Assembly: GCA_018817865.1 (NCBI GenBank)
Contig: JAHITG010000292.1
Span: 1 to 46,626 of the forward strand
Length of the DNA stretch: 46,626 nt
Direction of reading: 5' to 3'
From: Spirochaetota bacterium
Lineage (GTDB): Bacteria > Spirochaetota > JAHITG01
The translations under genes and the position numbers were made by a program. Positions 44,078 through 46,626 of this stretch are shown here, piece by piece (the first letter of the stretch is position 1; each line of letters begins with the position of its first letter). The notes beneath the pieces were generated by a model. That model saw nothing but the letters and a program-made list of their open reading frames with translations. It was not told where the DNA came from and made no database searches.

Positions 44078-44104
44078 TGTAGCAAGGGGCTTTAGCCCCG
44101 CAAT
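44078..44104 (+). repeat. Short GC-rich hairpin repeat TGTAGCAAGGGGCTT-TAGCCCCGC, related to 31572-31618
   Basis: 31572-31586 TGTAGTAAGGGGCTT and 31610-31618 TAGCCCCGC are the same two halves, separated there by a 23-nt GC-rich insert. AAGGGGCTT occurs again at about 44160. Confidence 0.7.
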
Positions 44105-44436
44105 TAATGGAGTCGGTTTTTAACATTATCACTTTTTGGATCGCCCCAAACACCCCCAAAGGGGCTTTCTACATTCATTTCTTTTAAAGCACAATAAAAA
44201 CAATTTGACTCCTCTTTCATATCCTGAAAGATTAATAAGTACTATAATGAAAAATAAACTATGTATAATGATAATAAAGTTTTCCTTATTATCATTTATA
44301 TTAAAAAACAGCAATAAGGTATATTGATTAGGATAACAATATTTTTTTTTATTTTTGGGGATATCCCCTGGTTTTTATTTATTAAGAATTGTTTAACTTA
44401 ATTGATAGATGCCGATTATATAATTATGTTAAATTG

Positions 44437-44475
44437 TTCCCAAATTGGGAAAAAATAACTTGACTTTTTTGGGAA
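44437..44475. promoter_or_regulatory. Candidate operator: palindrome TTCCCAA-A-TTGGGAA plus a third TTGGGAA half-site inside the higB promoter spacer
   Basis: The palindrome at 44437-44451 lies immediately upstream of the -35. TTGGGAA is repeated at 44469-44475, between the -35 and -10. Confidence 0.4.
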
Positions 44476-44487
44476 TATGCTTATATT
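44460..44487 (+). promoter_or_regulatory. Promoter TTGACT-N16-TATATT for higB operon
   Basis: The -35 is at 44460-44465 and the -10 at 44482-44487. The higB ATG at 44499 lies about 12 nt after the -10, so the leader is very short or absent. Confidence 0.45.
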
Positions 44488-44498
44488 ATTATTATGAT

Positions 44499-44783
44499 AT
44501 GAATGTTATTTCCAAAAAGGCTATTGTTGATTTTATTAAGAAACATCCGGTTTCTAAGAGTTCTTTAGAAAGCTGGTATTATGAAACTTGTCACGATAAT
44601 TGGAAAACAACAATGGATATTAAAAAAAAGTATCCGACAGCGAGTTTTTTAAAAGATAATATGGTTATTTTTAATATTAGCGGTAATAAATATCGATTGG
44701 TTGTTAAACTGGCGTATCATACACAAAGAGTGTTTATAAAATGGATTGGAACACATTCTGAATATGATAAAAAGATATTTTAA
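44499..44783 (+). CDS. higB: Type II toxin HigB-family (RelE-fold mRNA interferase), 94 aa
   Basis: MNVISKKAIVDFIKKHPVSKSSLESWYYETCHDNWKTTMDIKKKYPTASFLKDNMVIFNISGNKYRLVVKLAYHTQRVFIKWIGTHSEYDKKIF matches the HigB_toxin family pattern end to end. I reject the track start (TTG at 44445). Confidence 0.85.
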   Translation: MNVISKKAIVDFIKKHPVSKSSLESWYYETCHDNWKTTMDIKKKYPTASFLKDNMVIFNISGNKYRLVVKLAYHTQRVFIKWIGTHSEYDKKIF

Positions 44784-44795
44784 AGGAGGTCAATT

Positions 44796-45998
44796 ATGAT
44801 AAAGGTCATTAAAACAGAACAAGAATATAATGAGGCTCTTGAAATGGCTGAAGAATTAATTGACAAAGACCCAAAGCCGGGTACACAGGATGCTGATAAG
44901 CTTGAATTATTAACTCTTCTTATTGAGAATTATGAAGAGTCTCATCATAAAATTGATCCTCCTGATCCGATCGAGGCATTAAAATTCAGAATGGAACAGC
45001 AGGGATTAACTCAAAAAGATTTAATCCCGTATATCGGCAGTAGAAGCAAGGTGTCGGAAATATTGAACAGAAAAAGGCCATTAACATTAAATATGATGCG
45101 AGCGTTAAACAGAAATTTAGAGATCCCGGCAGAAGTTTTACTGCAAAAGAATTCCATTATCTTGGAAGAAGATACTGATATTGACTGGCAGAAGTTTCCA
45201 ATTACAGAAATGGTAAAACGCAAATTATTTCCTGATTTTACAGGCACTGTTGTCCAGGCAAAGGAAAATGCAGAAGAATTAATAAGGAAGTTTTTTCGAA
45301 ATGCCGGTGTCCGTAACATACAACCGGCATTATATAGAAAAAATGTTAGAGCCGGTTCCTGCATGGATGAATATGCATTATTTGTATGGCATGCAATAGT
45401 AGAAAATAAAGCGGAAAAAAATCTGCTTCCAAATAAATATAAACATGGGACTATTAATAGAGAATTTATGAAAAAACTTGCAGGATTGAGTTATTTTAAA
45501 GAAGGTCCGCAGTTAGCTAAAGAATTTTTAGAAAAGAACGGGATTCATCTGATCATTGAACCGCATTTCAGGAAAACATATCTGGACGGAGCGGCTATCC
45601 GGAATAAAGATAAAAATCCTATAGTTGCTCTTACGTTGCGTTATGATCGTATTGATAACTTCTGGTTTTCTTTATGTCATGAATTAGCTCATATTGTACT
45701 TCACCTTGATAAAGATCAAGCAGAAAACCCGTTTTTTGATAACCTGGAAGTTGAAGGAAATGATCTGGAAAAAGAGGCTGATCATCAGACAAAGGACTGG
45801 CTGATCCCTCGAAAAGAATGGGAAAGATCGGATGTTTTGAATCACCCGTTGCCTGTATATATTAAAGAATTTGCTGAACAGCTAAAGATCCATCCCGCTA
45901 TTATTGCAGGACGGATCCGGCATGAAAGAAAAAATTATCGAATTTTAAGCCAGATGGTCGGAAAGGATGAAGTCAGGAGATTGTTTGGATTAAATTGA
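44796..45998 (+). CDS. HigA-type antitoxin (HTH_XRE) fused to ImmA/IrrE-family (M78) metallopeptidase domain, 400 aa
   Basis: The RBS is AAGGAGG. The N-terminal ~115 aa is HigA-like: IKTEQEYNEALEMAEELID...PDPIEALKFRMEQQGLTQKDLIPYIGSRSKVSEILNRKRPLTLNMMRAL. The C-terminal domain carries HExxH in LCHELAHIVLH. Confidence 0.8.
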   Translation: MIKVIKTEQEYNEALEMAEELIDKDPKPGTQDADKLELLTLLIENYEESHHKIDPPDPIEALKFRMEQQGLTQKDLIPYIGSRSKVSEILNRKRPLTLNMMRALNRNLEIPAEVLLQKNSIILEEDTDIDWQKFPITEMVKRKLFPDFTGTVVQAKENAEELIRKFFRNAGVRNIQPALYRKNVRAGSCMDEYALFVWHAIVENKAEKNLLPNKYKHGTINREFMKKLAGLSYFKEGPQLAKEFLEKNGIHLIIEPHFRKTYLDGAAIRNKDKNPIVALTLRYDRIDNFWFSLCHELAHIVLHLDKDQAENPFFDNLEVEGNDLEKEADHQTKDWLIPRKEWERSDVLNHPLPVYIKEFAEQLKIHPAIIAGRIRHERKNYRILSQMVGKDEVRRLFGLN

Positions 45999-46036
45999 TA
46001 TCAAGTGAGTATGTGGGTTGATAAGTGGAGGAGAGG

Positions 46037-46369
46037 ATGAGAACAATATTTTGTCAAAAAGACATAAAAACATTGATGAATTCAATCAAGGGCAAGCAAA
46101 CTTCTGAAAGAATACCTGTTTTTAAAAAAGAATTAATAATTAAATACCATCAAAAGGAATATGATTATATATCATTATTATTAAGAGAAATTGATTTAAA
46201 AGATTTATCATTTTTAAAAGAAGAATTAGAAATAAAGATACAAAATTTAATAAATTTTGAAATTGAGCGTAGAGAAATTACTTGGACAAATATTCGGTCA
46301 TGGATTGCGATAATAGTAGCAATAATTTCTGTAATTTTTACAATTATATATAATTTATTTTTGAAATAA
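46037..46369 (+). CDS. Small protein with single C-terminal TM helix (110 aa), third gene of TA island
   Basis: GGAGGAG precedes the ATG at 46037. The C-terminus is WIAIIVAIISVIFTIIYNLFL. It has no motif I recognise. Confidence 0.45.
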   Translation: MRTIFCQKDIKTLMNSIKGKQTSERIPVFKKELIIKYHQKEYDYISLLLREIDLKDLSFLKEELEIKIQNLINFEIERREITWTNIRSWIAIIVAIISVIFTIIYNLFLK

Positions 46370-46531
46370 TCCCATACACACTATCACCATCCAGTCATAA
46401 TATTCAAAATCTTTAATAATATTTAAAATTAAATAGTTTTTTCCATTTTTATCAGAAATCCAAATTTTACAGGGAACAATTGAAATATTATAATAATAAT
46501 TAATTTTCTCTTTTTTGGATTCTTTTTGTTT

Positions 46532-46567
46532 GGGGAAAAACCGGGGATGGTGTGTGACTTTGTGATA
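46532..46567 (+). repeat. Copy of the GAAAA..GGGGA..GGTG(C/T)GTGAC(A/T)TTGTGA(C/T)A repeat (right flank of TA island)
   Basis: GGGGAAAAACCGGGGATGGTGTGTGACTTTGTGATA parallels 4131-4160 GAAAAGGGGACGGTGCGTGACATTGTGACA. It is in direct orientation relative to the copy at 44036-44056. Confidence 0.75.
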
Positions 46568-46626
46568 TTATAGAAGTTTACCCTACCCCGCTACTCACTA
46601 TATTCTAAAAATAATTGAAAAAATAA

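Noticed and set aside
44129-44327. 61-aa (-) and 63-aa (+) ORFs, and a 26-aa hydrophobic mini-ORF (MKNKLCIMIIKFSLLSFILKNSNKVY), in the AT-rich spacer
   Set aside because: They have no RBS and the two long ORFs overlap each other. The composition is what random AT-rich DNA yields. A type I toxin reading is unsupported.
1-46626. Prophage, IS element, CRISPR-Cas, tRNA/rRNA genes
   Set aside because: I recognised no integrase, transposase, capsid/terminase or cas-like proteins. I saw no repeat-spacer periodicity and no tRNA T-arm (GGTTCGAATCC-type) motifs. Visual scanning can miss divergent tRNAs, so tRNAscan or Infernal should confirm this.

Overview
This is a 46.6-kb AT-rich bacterial chromosomal window using the standard genetic code. 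Most genes are preceded by strong AAGGAGG-type Shine-Dalgarno sites. I found no rRNA, tRNA, CRISPR array, transposase or integrase by eye. (1) 1-12.2 kb holds a truncated secreted beta-propeller-repeat/PEGA protein, which the ORF track misses because it is open at the window edge. It also holds a flavin-reductase-like protein, a PilZ protein, a metallophosphoesterase, a 1191-aa coiled-coil/polysaccharide-deacetylase fusion, a LysE exporter, a NUDIX ADP-ribose pyrophosphatase, a GyrI-like protein and dCMP deaminase. (2) 12.4-38.7 kb is a large cell-envelope island. It starts with a fimbria-like operon: a small subunit-like secreted protein, twin hairpins and two internally duplicated beta-sandwich proteins. 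It contains four cargo proteins with T9SS-type C-terminal sorting domains, one of them 2102 aa. Three paralogous PorV/PorQ-family outer-membrane barrels each sit directly after a cargo gene, and each is fused to a different C-terminal module; one module is a transglutaminase-like Cys-protease core plus TPR. The island also has a GH-like/3xCBM-like protein and an orphan Tad/Flp pilin set, including a 59-aa Flp pilin gene that the ORF track misses. (3) 38.9-46.6 kb holds carB, a secreted HExxH peptidase and a visibly more AT-rich island encoding HigB, a HigA-ImmA fusion and a small membrane protein. That island is bracketed by direct copies of a repeat that also forms a 30-bp-arm palindrome at 4.1 kb. 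The likely source is a non-Bacteroidia member of an FCB-type lineage, inferred from T9SS CTDs combined with SD usage; taxonomy cannot be fixed from this sequence alone. All functional calls come from motif recognition by eye, not database searches.
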